Below are positions 1 through 13,200 of a DNA stretch of 64,000 bases, one piece after another (position 1 is the first letter of the stretch; each line of letters begins with the position of its first letter). Both the position numbers and the translations under genes were made by a program. This DNA is from Chara braunii (lineage: Eukaryota; Plantae; Charophyceae). The notes beneath the pieces are model-generated. The model saw only the letters and a program-made list of their open reading frames with translations, was not told the DNA's origin and did not search any database. The stretch is taken from assembly GCA_003427395.1 (NCBI GenBank), contig BFEA01000046.1, positions 2,421,903-2,485,902 on the forward strand. The letters run 5' to 3'.

Positions 1-168
1 CTTGCCCCGCGCCCGTACCCGGACGCCCAACAGTGTCAGGTACAGAAAACGCTCTGCAGCCTATTCACTAAGTGAACGGGCGAAAAGCTTGAGGGCTGCA
101 TGGTTGAAGACTTACCTGTTGGCGCCCCCCCCTTCCGATGAAGAAGCCAGCCGCCACGTCGCTTGGTG

Positions 169-243
<75 letters not shown>

Positions 244-445
244 GTCTATAGTGCATAGTTCCACGTTATAGCAGTAGGTTCATTCGAATTCTCCCCCCCC
301 GTTGCTGGGAAAGTCTGCAGCCCGTTCTTTGAAACGAATGGGCGCAGAGCAGAATCACTGCTCGTAAACAAGAGAGGGGCAAATCTAAAAAAAAAAAAAA
401 TCTAAGAACAAAATCTAGAAAAAGACATCTAAAGAAAATCTAAAG

Positions 446-508
<63 letters not shown>

Positions 509-542
509 NNNNNNNNNNNNNNNNNNNNNNNNNNNNNNNNNN

Positions 543-590
<48 letters not shown>

Positions 591-1701
591 ACTTCAGAAA
601 AATGGTCGCCCGTTTTTACAGGGACCGTCAAGTGCACTGGGGCGTGAAGTGCCCCAGTCACTTTTGTTTGCGCCATGTGGCGCTTCACAACCAGTTTAGT
701 TGTAGATTTTTTTTTATTTTTTTTTTTGTTTTTTTTTTCCCCTCTATAAGTCGTTGGCTTATGCCAACGGTTTCTTTTCAGTTCACGTGGATTTTCAGCC
801 ACGGATTTTCAAGCTGCAGATCCTGGTTCGGTCCCAGTTGGGATCTTTGAACCACTTCTCGATTTATGTGTGTCATCCTTGTGCAGTGGTCATGCTCATC
901 TCTCCGCGCAGTGGTTCCGGACCGTGTGATCTCACCGATCGCACGACCGAAAACGGCCGCGTCGAAAAGGTTGGGCCGCTCCAAAAGGAGCTTTGCCCAG
1001 TAGGCCTGCATATCAGGTTCGATCTCAGTATTTGACGGGTGAGAGTTTGGCACTGTAACCTACTGGGCTAGCTCCTATCACGAAAGTGGTAGGAGCAACT
1101 CTTCTATATGAAGAGCTTGCCCAGCCAGTTAACCTCGTGCCGTGGCCTTGCAGGCTCTGCCTGCCCGTAGCCTTGCAGACCCAGCTTGCCTGCGGCCCTA
1201 CAGACCTCGCCTGCTTGTGACCCTTCATGCTCAATTAGCCGCGTGACCTTGGCATCGGCCTATCAACCCTCTGGCTCGGTGTCAACCCCCGCGGCCCTAG
1301 AATTACCCTTCTTCCTATTCCCCCTACGTCGTGGTCCCATACCCGGCACACTCCTCTTTTTAGCCTACCTAGGCCCTGAATCGTACCGCTTAGCAGACGT
1401 GCGGCATTATTTTAGATAGACTACGTCTAGCTCTAATCTTTCCATGATCGCGCACCACGGCGGCCTCGTCGAGAACCGCGGACGACAATGTCGACTCCCG
1501 CTGTCTCGAACAAACGTCGATGATGTCACACGTCTACGACGTCCTAGTTCAACGACGTCAGGCTTTAGGTCTCTCAGTTATAGGATTGGTTTGAATAAAC
1601 TTTGGCAAGGTCATTCCCATCAGCCTCCCAATAAAAAGTCGGACAACGTCCGTCCTTGAAAAACTCGGGCAGAAACCCTCACAGGGGTTTCTGTCCCAAC
1701 A
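1..1701 (-). mobile_element. 3' LTR (left end not defined) of large Ty3/gypsy element 1
   Basis: Ends in ...CCCAACA at 1701, immediately followed by ACCTTCCCCGCCCCC (1702-1716), which is a polypurine tract followed by TG on the minus strand. It lies downstream of minus-strand pol. Contains (CT)n, poly(A)/poly(T) tracts and an N gap. Confidence 0.6.
173..240. repeat. (CT)n microsatellite
   Basis: Perfect dinucleotide run seen directly. Confidence 0.98.
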
Positions 1702-1949
1702 ACCTTCCCCGCCCCCATTGAGCGACGTCCCCGTCGCTTACCATAAGCAATACTAGGGGGAAGTGTTTATAAAACTTCACCAAATATAGTACATAATCAC
1801 AATACATCTGGAATTAACCCGGATTTTACATACTTATACCTGATGCGCGACGTTCCCGCCATTCATCGTTTTTTCCTTTCATAATCATCTGGATACTGTT
1901 CTTATGAAATACTCTGTGCAAACTTCATTGCTTACAATACTTCAAACAT

Positions 1950-2045
1950 TGACTTACTTTCAAACATAACAGAGGCTTACTTTCAAGCCTTTAACAGACA
2001 AAGGCTTACTTTCAAACCTTGAACTGACAGAGGCTTGCTTTCAAG
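1950..2045. repeat. Short tandem repeat (GGCTTACTTTCAA-like, about 4 units of ~25-30 bp) in the retroelement 3' UTR
   Basis: Recurring cttactttcaa at about 1954, 1975, 2004 and 2034. Confidence 0.75.
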
Positions 2046-3870
2046 CGTCATAACTCTTTCGAACCTTCCTTCGAAAGCACTTTCATTCAGTCACGAGTTG
2101 GAATGGGGCCAGAAATAACCTCTAGCAAATCTTTTTCCGGAATTTGGAATCCATCGTTGGCTTTACCCAACCTGAGGAATTACAAGAACATTTTAGAAGA
2201 ATGATCCCAGCATCATCCCACTGGCGGCCACTCATCCTTCCTTTTGTCTCTCATAGATGGGTCAAGCTTATCCCCCTGATGGGACTCTCTTCAGGCCATA
2301 ACCCTCTGTCTAGGTCTCGTTAGGCTTAACCCCCTGCGGGTCTTTCATCCGTACAGCACATACTGCCAGGAATTCAACCTGGGTCTCTCGCGTTCACGAG
2401 GATGCATTTCCATCACCTCAGCATGTCTCTCGCTGCTAGGAGATTAACCTGGGCCTTCCACGAAACACAAGGATACTCACACTATACTACAGCATGTTCC
2501 GTCACCATCCCAGAGAGAAATCATCCTTCCAAAAGTCTTTGTCCAGACCGGCTAATTCCCACTCCAACTTAATTGTTATGCACAATTTATCTCCTACGTG
2601 TTTTGTGAATGCGTCAAGGAGTGGTGTAATCCATAAAGAATAACATCTCGACGTCAAACCCCGCTTTAGACTCGAGCCTCACCAGCTTCCCTCCGATTCC
2701 AGTGTCATACATCTGTCAGTACCCTACCTGCAAGGTTGAACTAGCCCTCCCTTATGACCTAAGTTGATCAGACCCGGCCAGAAAGTCGAGGCGACCTCAT
2801 TCACCACAAAACAAAAGGTGATCAATTTTTTCCTCATGGCGAGCAGTAATCGCCACCCTCACAAGCAAGGTTCCAGCAAACATATTACCACCTTCTTCCC
2901 TTTCGACGATAGTGTAGTCACTCTCCTCGAAAAGAAAGACAAAAACATCCCACTATGGACCAGGAACAAAGTTCCGGCGCAGGCCTCACTACCGTCTACG
3001 NNNNNNNNNNNNNNNNNNNNNNNNNNNNNNNNNNNNNNNNNNNNNNNNNNNNNNNNNNNNNNNNNNNNNNNNNNNNNNNNNNNNNNNNNNNNNNNNNNNN
3101 NNNNNNNNNNNNNNNNNNNNNNNNNNNNNNNNNNNNNNNNNNNNNNNNNNNNNNNNNNNNNNNNNNNNNNNNNNNNNNNNNNNNNNNNNNNNNNNNNNNN
3201 NNNNNNNNNNNNNNNNNNNNNNNNNNNNNNNNNNNNNNNNNNNNNNNNNNNNNNNNNNNNNNNNNNNNNNNNNNNNNNNNNNNNNNNNNNNNNNNNNNNN
3301 NNNNNNNNNNNNNNNNNNNNNNNNNNNNNNNNNNNNNNNNNNNNNNNNNNNNNNNNNNNNNNNNNCCGGCGAATAACACATACGTTAATCGAGTCAGGCA
3401 TATGACCCAAGTACACGTTATCCCCTTAGACTCACACTCATAAAATCTTGCGTTCATAACCACATACACAGAGTTTCATAAGAATCCCAGGTTCTTCAGT
3501 CCTTCATATATGTGATGAATACTTTAACAATATGAGTATCCATCAGCTATTTCACAATACACTTCTTGCAATGAATATCCAATCATGATAAGAATCTCAC
3601 AAAGTTCTTTGGTATCACTCTTTTACTTTACAAACAATATCCAATACCTCTTACGCATAGCGATAATTGTGAGAAAAATATCATAGTCATCTTACAATCG
3701 TCTGTGGCAGTAAGGCACAGATCCATTATTACTTCCTAACAAAACAACAGGAGTCACAATCTCATTGATAACCTTTCAATCTCAATACTTTTATTAATAG
3801 TTTACAATTTCCTTGGTTAGCCTAAGACAAAAGTCAGAACCAACTGAACCACAATACAAGAGCAAGAAAG

Positions 3871-6800
3871 TTACCGAAATTGATGCCACCAATTACCTCC
3901 TTCACCCTTACCTCCTTCACCCTTCCTTTCTAAAAAGTTTTCACTAAACTCTTGGAACTTCTGTAGATGTGCACCTGATACCCTATTCCTACTACGAGAT
4001 TCATTCAACTCCTCTATTTCATATGCCCCATGCTCTGTTTTCCTAGTGATCCGATATGGTCCTAGCCACCGACTGTCTAGTTTTCTGGACCACTGCTTTT
4101 CTAGTGAACATATCATACAACAAGATGTTCCCAACTTTCAGCGGCTTTTTTCGTACACGTAGCCTCTTATCCCATCTTTCCTTGTCAGCCTGCCTATTTT
4201 CAAAAGTAGACATAGGCACATCCTCAATCCGCTCTTCAGTTACCATGATTTGTCTTGCCCTTAATTCCAATAACTCTTCCGTCGAAAGTTTCGTTTCCAC
4301 GTTCTGTTTCTGCCAAGTGGTCAGGGAACTCTCAATTGGAAAAGTCGCAGGTCGTCAAAACCATAATGTGACAGGAGCATACCCAGTTGTTCGCTTGATG
4401 GTAACATTCTCAACAAAAAAGGCCGCCCTCAAATAAATTGGTCATCTTGATGGTTCCCCCTTGCACCATTTAGCCAACAAGTTAGACAAGGTGGCATGTC
4501 CTCGTTCCACTGGTGCATTGGGCTGGGGATGCGCTCTTGTCGTATAACAAAAACCCACCCCAAGTCTCTTCAAAAACGTTTGCACCTCCTTTGCTCGAAA
4601 CTCGCCTCCTCGATCCATAACAATCTCCCGAACAAACGGATAATAGAGGTAATATTCCTCAATGCACTCTGCCAAGACTGACCCAGTACGTTCGCGAATG
4701 GCACGACCATCAACGAACCCAGTCAAATTGTCCCTAGCATCGAAGATATACCTGTACCCATTTATCTCAGGTGGCATTACCAAGAGATCCAAATGCACCA
4801 CCGCACCCGGTTCTACCACATAACATGGATTTAAAGGTTCGAGGTAACGGATATTAGACCTCTGTTGGCAAGGGAAACAAGATTTACAGAAGTCAATCAC
4901 CATCTTGCTCATCCCTTCCCAGAAATAAAGACGTTGAATCTTATTCAGAGTTACCCGCGCAGATCTATGTCCGCCCGCTACCCCATCATGCAGAGCAGCA
5001 AATCACATCCAAGTTGATCCAACTGTCTGGAGGTTTCGCATACCACTTTCTTAGAGACACCATCAACAACTTTCTTAGAAAGGTGACCATCACGAACAAC
5101 AAATCCTTTGCTCTCCCCCCACACAACCGGATTAACCTCGCTTTCATCCCATTCCTCATTTAACCACATGCCTATCTTCTTATATTCCCCTTCGTACTTT
5201 TTTTTCCTAAACGCCTCTTTGACCTCACTGCCTCCTTCTGCATTCATTAACCTCAGGCGGTCCTCATGAACTAACAAGTTTGTGATGAATGACATCCTTC
5301 CGATGGTCTGAAAAGTGTCATCAGTCTGCGTATGACCTTGTTCAATCGTCAACGGATCAAGCACTAGGTCGACGTCATCAGTCAAAGCCAACCTCATCAT
5401 TTCTTCTACGGTCTGCTCGCCCCATGGGTCCTCCTTAATGAAAGGTTCCTCCATTACGAGTTTTGAACATACCTCGTGACAGATAGGAGCATTCCATATT
5501 GATCTCCCATGTCGAGTGACCGAATCAGTCAGGTAGGCAAGAGAGTTAATACTCAACCGCGACCCCTCTTCCTTCAGAAAGGCATCGACCGGGACTGATT
5601 CTTCCGCCTGATCCGACTCTGGATCCCATTCAACCCGACTCAACCCATCTGCACGATTTTGTCTCCCCGAAATCCGCTCAATTCCAAAGTCAAACATCCA
5701 AATATAGGTCATCCATCGTGCAGTGGTGGGATCAAAAGGTGACTAATTTCTTAAAGATTGAGTCAAAGCAGTCGGATCTACTCGCAGGATGAAGCGTCTA
5801 CCAAACACATAATTCCGAAAGATACGGAAACAATGAAGCACGACCAAAGTTTCCTTTTTGAACTGGGAATAGTTCCTCTCAGCAACATTCAGGGTCCTGC
5901 TCTCAAATCTGAGAGTTTTTTCTTGTCTCTCAGCATCCTTCTGAATCAAGACCCCTCCTAGGGCTGTGGGACCCGCATCAGTCTCAATAACAAAATGACG
6001 GTTCCTATCATCGTTGAAGAAAGAAACTCCAAGGATCGATCCTCCCTCACGAAACTCAGTCTTTATATCCTCCACGACCGCTTGCTGCTTCAGACCCCAT
6101 TCCCACTTCTAGCCTTTGCGCACAAGCTTTCCCAAGTGCTCCACTCTGGCGGCAAACCTGCGGATGAAGATGCGCAAAAATCCACAGGTTCCAAGGAAAC
6201 TTCGCACATCTGTGATCGACTTGAAAGGGGTCAGTCATTCCACGATTTTATTAGTCTTCTTAACATCCGGCCGACGACTTTTCTCGTCGCCAAGGAATCC
6301 CAAGATCACTGCTCTCTTTATACAATGCTGAGACTTAATCCACTAGCTGTGAGATTAAACTCCTTCAACCTCTTAAGGACTTTCACCATATTATTGATAT
6401 GTTTCCAGACAAAGCGGCGAATGCCCGACAACATCTCCGTCAGGTCCTTCGTACGAGTCCTTGGGATAGTCAAATATTCTTCTTTTTTTTCATTGAATTG
6501 AATTCAATAAAAAATATTTATATATCACTCTATTAAATATAGATATCACTCTATTATTGTTTTTATTAGTAATATGTATGTACTGGGACAAAAATTAATC
6601 TAATAAAAAAATATTTTATTCTACTTTTACGGCGAATTTATGTTAGGACAATAAGGCTGCATAACCCTCGTTATATATCTCTGAACAATAGCGATGACAT
6701 TCGTCCACCCCTGCGGCGCCACACACATATGGATCAACCCGCGAGGAGTGTGCATTGCCATCCTGGGGCGATTCGCAGTGTAAATGGAAAATTAATCATA

Positions 6801-8298
6801 CCCGGAATATAAATCGATCAGGGTGATGATAGACCTTCCGGTACAAGACTCTGACAGTAGGTCTGCATATGGGAGCCCACCTGCGTCCCGCACTGTGACT
6901 GAATTCAACTTCTAGAGGTCCTGATTCCACCGTAAGGTACCATTCGGTTTAATGAAACAGAACCATGGAGATGCATACGGCCCGTAAGAATAATCTGCAA
7001 CCTTTGTCCAGATCTTCCCATCAAGATACCCGACCACTTTACGGTGATCCTCCGGATTCGGATAACGTGACCCTCTTACATTCCATGACTCATATGGTAC
7101 AGTATGAACTTTGATCATCGGGATGTTATCAACATCCAACCTTCCTCGCTCATCATCATCAAACGCATGGGCGAGATGTTCCTCCCTCAATATATCGATG
7201 ATATACCATTTTTCCTGCTCACTAAGAAGGTCCTCCTCCCCAATGATCATGTTGTCCACTCTTTCTTTAGTTAACCGACATGGCCCTCTTTCGCCTCTCT
7301 CCTTCATTTCTCTGATCCACTCACGCTCTTCATGATAATAGACTTCCTCTTCCTGAGTGATCAGAACAGGCACCGACTTTGCCTTCACGCCTACTTTCTT
7401 GTACTTACGTTTGGCGCCGGTGTCAAACCTGCGTCCTCTAAAAAAGGACCCTGTCGAGTGGGAAAAATTCTTGATCCTCCCCCTTATTCCCCTCCGACGG
7501 GGAATAAACAAGGCGCATAGTTCATGCGCTTTCGGTGTCTGTGATGATCTCCGTCAATGCTTGCACCACATTTGGATCGATCGCCGCATATATCGACACA
7601 AAATTGATTGTCTGCCCAATATCAAGCAGGGTCAACGAGAACTCACGAGGATTCGGCTCCTCCTCTAACGATTCCTTCTCCCTTCTCAACTTTTATGACT
7701 CTGGGAAGGTATATGATTCCGGATTCAACCGGTTCCACAAACAATAAGGTTCAGTGTTCGCACACTTGACCACCTCGTAGTAGCCGCAAAGAGGATCGCA
7801 AAGGATCACAAACATGGTTTCATCATGCTTGTTAATGATGATGCTTTCCGATCGACATAAGAATGCCCTTATCACAAGCACCTCATGTTCCACTCTAGGT
7901 AACACATAGAAATACGAACGGACCTTGACTTTTCCAACCGTGACGAGAACGCCACTGGACGTTCCGCAGAATGGAGTCGATCCGCTGGCTCCTACCAAAA
8001 GCCCATAATCGTCTGGGTTGATTTTCAACCCGGCTTCGACGGAATGACGTTCGTGAATGGTGTTCATCTCGGCCCCATCATCCACAAGTGTCGAATACTC
8101 CTGTTGTCCAATCTGGACCTTCATATGGTCGGTCGACACACTTCGCCAATCCATCTTCGTCTCAGGTGGGGACCAGCTAGCCTCCGGCGGAATGACTTCG
8201 CCGAGCTTAACAGTCATGACTCTCTTGCGAGTCATTCGTTGTTTAAATTCTTCTTGAATCTTTGGCAATACCGCCAAAATTTTCTTCAGCGTGACCAA
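3871..8298 (-). pseudogene. Degenerate Ty3/gypsy pol (protease-RT-RNaseH-integrase) of element 1
   Basis: Protease LVDDGAEMN (7693-8298). RT PYASPWFCFIKPNGTLRW and APQGW (about 6650-7300). RNase H IETDAGPTALGGVL..ERNYS (5743-6075). Integrase GHR..CKSCFPCQ, VHLD, IVMDRGGEF, NAPVERGH (4442-4990) and GPY/F WLGPYRI. Domain order RT-RH-IN is gypsy. Many stops and frameshifts. Confidence 0.95.
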
Positions 8299-9789
8299 GT
8301 CGCGCTGATTTCCAGGATCTTATCGACGAGTCGCTCAATATCGATCTCCTGCTCCACGGGGATTGAATAAACGTTTTTCTTATTTCGTTGTTCCTCCTCA
8401 CTTACCTCGGCCTTCCCTTTCTCAGGTTCCTTTTCCAGCGCACGACGACGAGCCTGTTCTTCCTTTTCAGCCCGCAACCTCTCATCCTCATTATCCTCAT
8501 CGTTCTCACAAACGAGGATAGACTCTTCTTCCACTGCCTTTTCAAACCCTTTTTCCTTCTGAGTTTGCTCGCTTCATCGCCGCATCCGAGTCTGAACGGC
8601 TACAGTCGGAACAGTTCTCTTTAGCACAGACCTAGGTCGCATCGTGCTTACCATTGGCCTAGTTTTCGATACTTCTCTCGGAGCAGACGTCCGTGCTTGG
8701 CCAGTCGCATCTTCCCTTTTATCACCCCATTCGCCAAAGAGAAAAACATTTGGCAAGCCAGGCTAGACTTCCTCCATGTCCACATAGAGTTGCGCTCTTT
8801 CCACCACTTGCTCCCTAAATCCTTCCAGCTCCATCGGCAAGTCGTTGATACGTAACGATGCCATGGCGTCCTTGACCTCGGCCAACCGTACTTTTTTTCG
8901 GGGAAGCAATCCGGAACGTCGCCGGAAGGGGACGACCCATTCGGCGAAACGCTTCCTTCCTCATACCCCCTTCAATGTTGGGGTCAATCAGATTCCCTTT
9001 GTAATCAAAGACTTCACCACGTATCGTGGTGAAGACTATCCCCTCCTTCTCATATTTTGAAAGAAGTTGACAAAACCGCATAATATGACCCTTTTCTGCA
9101 CAATAGTTACATGTGGCCTCCTGCTGCCATGCCCAACGATTTCGTTGTCCGTTCCCGCGACCTCGACTGCAGCCTCGTCCACCCTGTGGCGGGAACTGCC
9201 CGTGATCCTGGGAGCTTTGTCCTGACGAGCCACCGCCAGCACTACCATTCCCTCCTTGATTATTTTGTCCACCATTCCTCCCCTGTTTACGGGAGGTTCT
9301 CTGTCCACCTCAAATTTGATTCAAGGCCTTCCTCTCCGCCTTTGTCAATTTACGAGGCGGCTCCTTTTCCTCCTCGCTCTCACTAGCACTTTCTTCTTCC
9401 ACCGGCTTTTCCCCCTTCCTCTTAGTCTTTTTCTCTTTGGCCAGCATGACTTGAAACTTCAGCCTTTCCTCTTTCATGCCTCCATCATTTCTCTCACCGT
9501 CCTTTACCTCTCCCAGCTTCACTTTTTCCCGCTCCTCCTTTTGTTGCCTCAACAACCGATAGAGGATATCGTCAAATTTCCCCACCAGCGCATTTTGTCG
9601 GACCTTGGTCCAGTCATACCTCCCTTGCATCCCTTCAACTAATTTCGATTGCTCGACGTCGTTGAAGTTGTCAAGGAAAATGAAGCAATGATCTTTGTCA
9701 GATAAATCTAGGATTAGGCGAGCCACACACTCAAATTCCGATAAGAATTGTTTGGTAGTACCAAAATTTTTACGATCCCCCGCCCTCAA
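8299..9789 (-). pseudogene. Degenerate gag of element 1 with CCHC zinc knuckle
   Basis: Capsid-like QFLSEFECVA..FLDNF..YDWTKVRQ (9310-9789) and zinc knuckle CNYCAEKGHIMRFC (about 9070-9112), directly upstream of the protease. Frameshifted. Confidence 0.8.
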
Positions 9790-10273
9790 GTCATGAAGGT
9801 CAAGATTCTTGTAGGATCAAGCTGAATCTAGCCCAAGTCCTTAATCAATCGATCAAGAAGACCTGTAACACAAGACAGGTCAACCCCCCAGGCTAAATCT
9901 ATAAGTCTATGGAGAATAATCCCCATATCATGATCTCACTCAAATCATCCTAATTAACTAAGCCTAAGCCTACCTCTAAGTAAGTGCCAAAAGAAAGAGT
10001 AGACCCTTGCGGAATCTCCTATATGCCAACGTGGTACACTTCAAGATCACAGAACCTTACGGTCATAATATAATATTGATTCAGCTCTATTTCGCTGTTC
10101 TGCACTTGATACCTAATCACTTCGTATGGAAAAACTTCTTGTCGGCTAATCTCGCTCAGTTCGCATAGTACCTTCTCATGCTCATCCGCATAAGGCTTTT
10201 TCCCTCCTCAAAATCTTCGTCTTCTCCTTGCTAGCTCCTCCGCCGGTAGTGGCATCTCACATCCATGGGGTAA

Positions 10274-13200
10274 CTAACACTCTACTGTGATCAGTGCTAA
10301 AGCTAACAGAACTCTGTCCGTGGATTCCTCCAAAAGCTCGTAAAACGTCTCAAAATCGTCTATATCGCCGAAATCCTCAATGTCTGCGAAAGTCTGAAGG
10401 TACTCTTTCCAGTACTGGTTGTGCGCTTTGAAGATTCTAAGAACAGAGTTTTCTATTATGATTTTTGCAAAATCTCCTGACACTTCCGCCTCACTCTTTA
10501 GGAGCTTCTTTGCCTTTCTAGGAGTCTCGCGCCATGCTCTACGCAAGAGCAACCCATCATAGGGGGACATGCGCAATGAATAGTTGATCAAACGTGCACT
10601 TCCCTCTCCTACCCAGAGGCCGGTCACTCGCGCCTTCTTGACCGCGTCCCTGGTACATTTCGCCTCTTCGATCACATTGAGTCTCTCTAGATACACCAAT
10701 TGTATCACTACACAAACGATTGGTCCTTCCGACCTCCCTATGACGCGCATAGAATATTTCTCAAGGCTCATTCTTTCTTTTCATTCTCTGTTGTCTCTTC
10801 ATCATTCGTCCTTCTTCCCGACGTTGCAGTCTCTATCAACTCCTTTTTTCTTCCCGTCGACTCGAGCGATCCTTCATTACTATGATCTCTCCTCTTGACG
10901 CTCTCTAAAAACTCTAGCCACCATCTCCTGAAGAATTCCCTATCCTTTCTGAAAAGTTTTTCTAATGTCTGCGACGCGCCTTCTATTCTACGCAGCTCAC
11001 TCCTGCTCTTGTTGGGCCCGCTATCTTGAATCTTGGTACTGAGTTTATAATTCGATCATCAACTCTCTTTTTCCTTTTTTATAGATCTTCCATCACCTGC
11101 GACCCATCTCTTTCCTAACCTAAAACACTTATCACATATTACTTCGAGTTTTCGCAGGCGTCTCGTCTCAAATTATCTCTAAGCGCACTCTTCCTTTAAC
11201 GCAGATGATCACCTCATATACCACCCAGCTCTGCACTGTCAACTCCCTCAACGCTCCTAGTCTCTGCTCCCGTATGACGTCCGCTGCAAGTTCTTTGAAC
11301 TCGCTGTCCGACAGTTTTTCTTCAACGCTCACGCTCAAGAGAATCTGCAGCGTCTCGTCGTCACACGCTAACTGCCTCGAGACTATTCTGGCATACGGAA
11401 GGCGCCTCAAAGAAGGGAGACAACTCGTCTCACCTCCTCGAGTGGCGACTAGGGGATTCCTCTCGCTCACACTCCTCCAGGAGTCGGATCCCCGGCGATC
11501 CCACCGGAGCGAATACGAAGCTCAAGGCCTATATCGATATAATTGCTGCTCGCGTTCTTTCATGACAAGGCGGTTCAACTCATACCCTACTCCTAGCTTC
11601 CGCTACCGTCTCATCGAAGAACAACTATGCGCGTAAATACCCGGCGGACCATACCATCACCTCATACGTTATCTAAGTTTGGAAGGTTACGCATTCGAGA
11701 ACTCCTGGTCTGTACTCTCGAATAAATTCCCTGGCTTGTAGAAAACTCTCTTGCTCTGTTAGGTTGTCGTCTAGGTGCGCTCTGAGTAGAACAGTGATCG
11801 TGAAACCCTCGTTCACTAATTGCCTGCTCACATTAATACCCGTAGTCGTCCGTCCTGGCATCCCTTCCGCTAACTATGCACAAACAAGTATCTCAGGTCC
11901 TCCAGCCCGACGTACTTGTCCTCTACGCGCCTACAACAATAATAAATCAGATCCGCAGGTCTCAAACAATCCACCCAGCAGGTAGCGTTGATCAAGTCCT
12001 CCCACGTCTCCTCATCTGGGGGTCCCCACCCTATGCTAACCGCGTAGTATGCCTATCGGAATCAAGGCGCCAGTCCCAACCAAAGCGCGTGCGTTGTGTG
12101 GTTGACCGCTCTCGCTAAGCAGTCTACACTCTCGTACGTTTGTTCTATGACAAACGTAGGTAGGACCATCCGCCAACTCTCTACTGGATGGTAAATCAAG
12201 TGAGGAGGACCGATCACGACTCGGGTGGCGAAAGGTCTGTCTCGCGAAATGCTCGACAGTCTCCGTCTCACTATCGCCCCTACTAAAACCTCATATCTCC
12301 ACCAGGCTCTGCTAACACCCACAAGTGTTAGTCCTATCTCTATATCTCGTGCCTCATCAAACACAAGATGTCCTACCCCCTCCAATCGTCGGGGAAAATC
12401 AAATCCTCTATCCTCTATAACCACCGTCCACAAGAATACTCCTTTCGCTAACCGAGTACCGAAGTGATATATTGGTACACTCACTCTCTCCTCTAGGCGC
12501 ACCGGAAGTGGCACATTGTAACTCACTGCCGTCTCTCTCGGCCCTATCAATTGCCTCAATCTATACGATTCCGATTCTCGTGTCAAAACATACGCTAACC
12601 ATACATCCGCATCACTCCTCATCACTCCATCCACCTCTATTTCTCTATCCTTGCAGCTCACTCATACTCATTACCCTGCGCTAATCCCTCACGGGGTCTG
12701 CCATATCCACATCTTCGTCCTCATTTACCCCTCGTCCCCAAGGGATAGCCTCCTGTCCCTCGGCCTGGGGAAGATGTCCCCAACCATCCTCCAGTTGCGC
12801 TACTCTGCCTACCTGCCCCTCGCGATCAGCTAGAGCCAGATCTCCCTAGGCCCGACCCTGATCGCCCCAAGGACCTCCCAATCTCTATCCTCGACGTACC
12901 ACCCAAGGTCCTCCCTCTCTGGGTATATCCGTTGATAGTGCTCCTCAACCTCCCAGATCGATATGAGTGGGGCAGGCCTGTCCTTGGGTGTCTCACTCAG
13001 GAGCACGCCTAGGCCTTCCAGATAATCCACCGGTCTTTGGACCTCTCTCTCCAAGGCTAACCAGAACTCTAGTGGCTGATACGGATAGAAGGACTCAGGG
13101 TCTCCTGACGGTGCTAAGGCCCGTATGTACTCCACAAGTTGGAGCCCCCTCTCCCTGACAAAGGGCCCTCTCCTCAATCCATCCAACTCGAGGCTAGCAT

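Noticed and set aside
68-802. ORFs with RERE/SLSL/poly-F runs (also at 17.5-18, 23.5, 36.4-37.4, 53.8-55.7 and 58.6-59.3 kb)
   Set aside because: These are translations of microsatellites, homopolymers and N gaps.
2764-3469. Long ORFs spanning 3001-3365
   Set aside because: They are open only because of the assembly gap.
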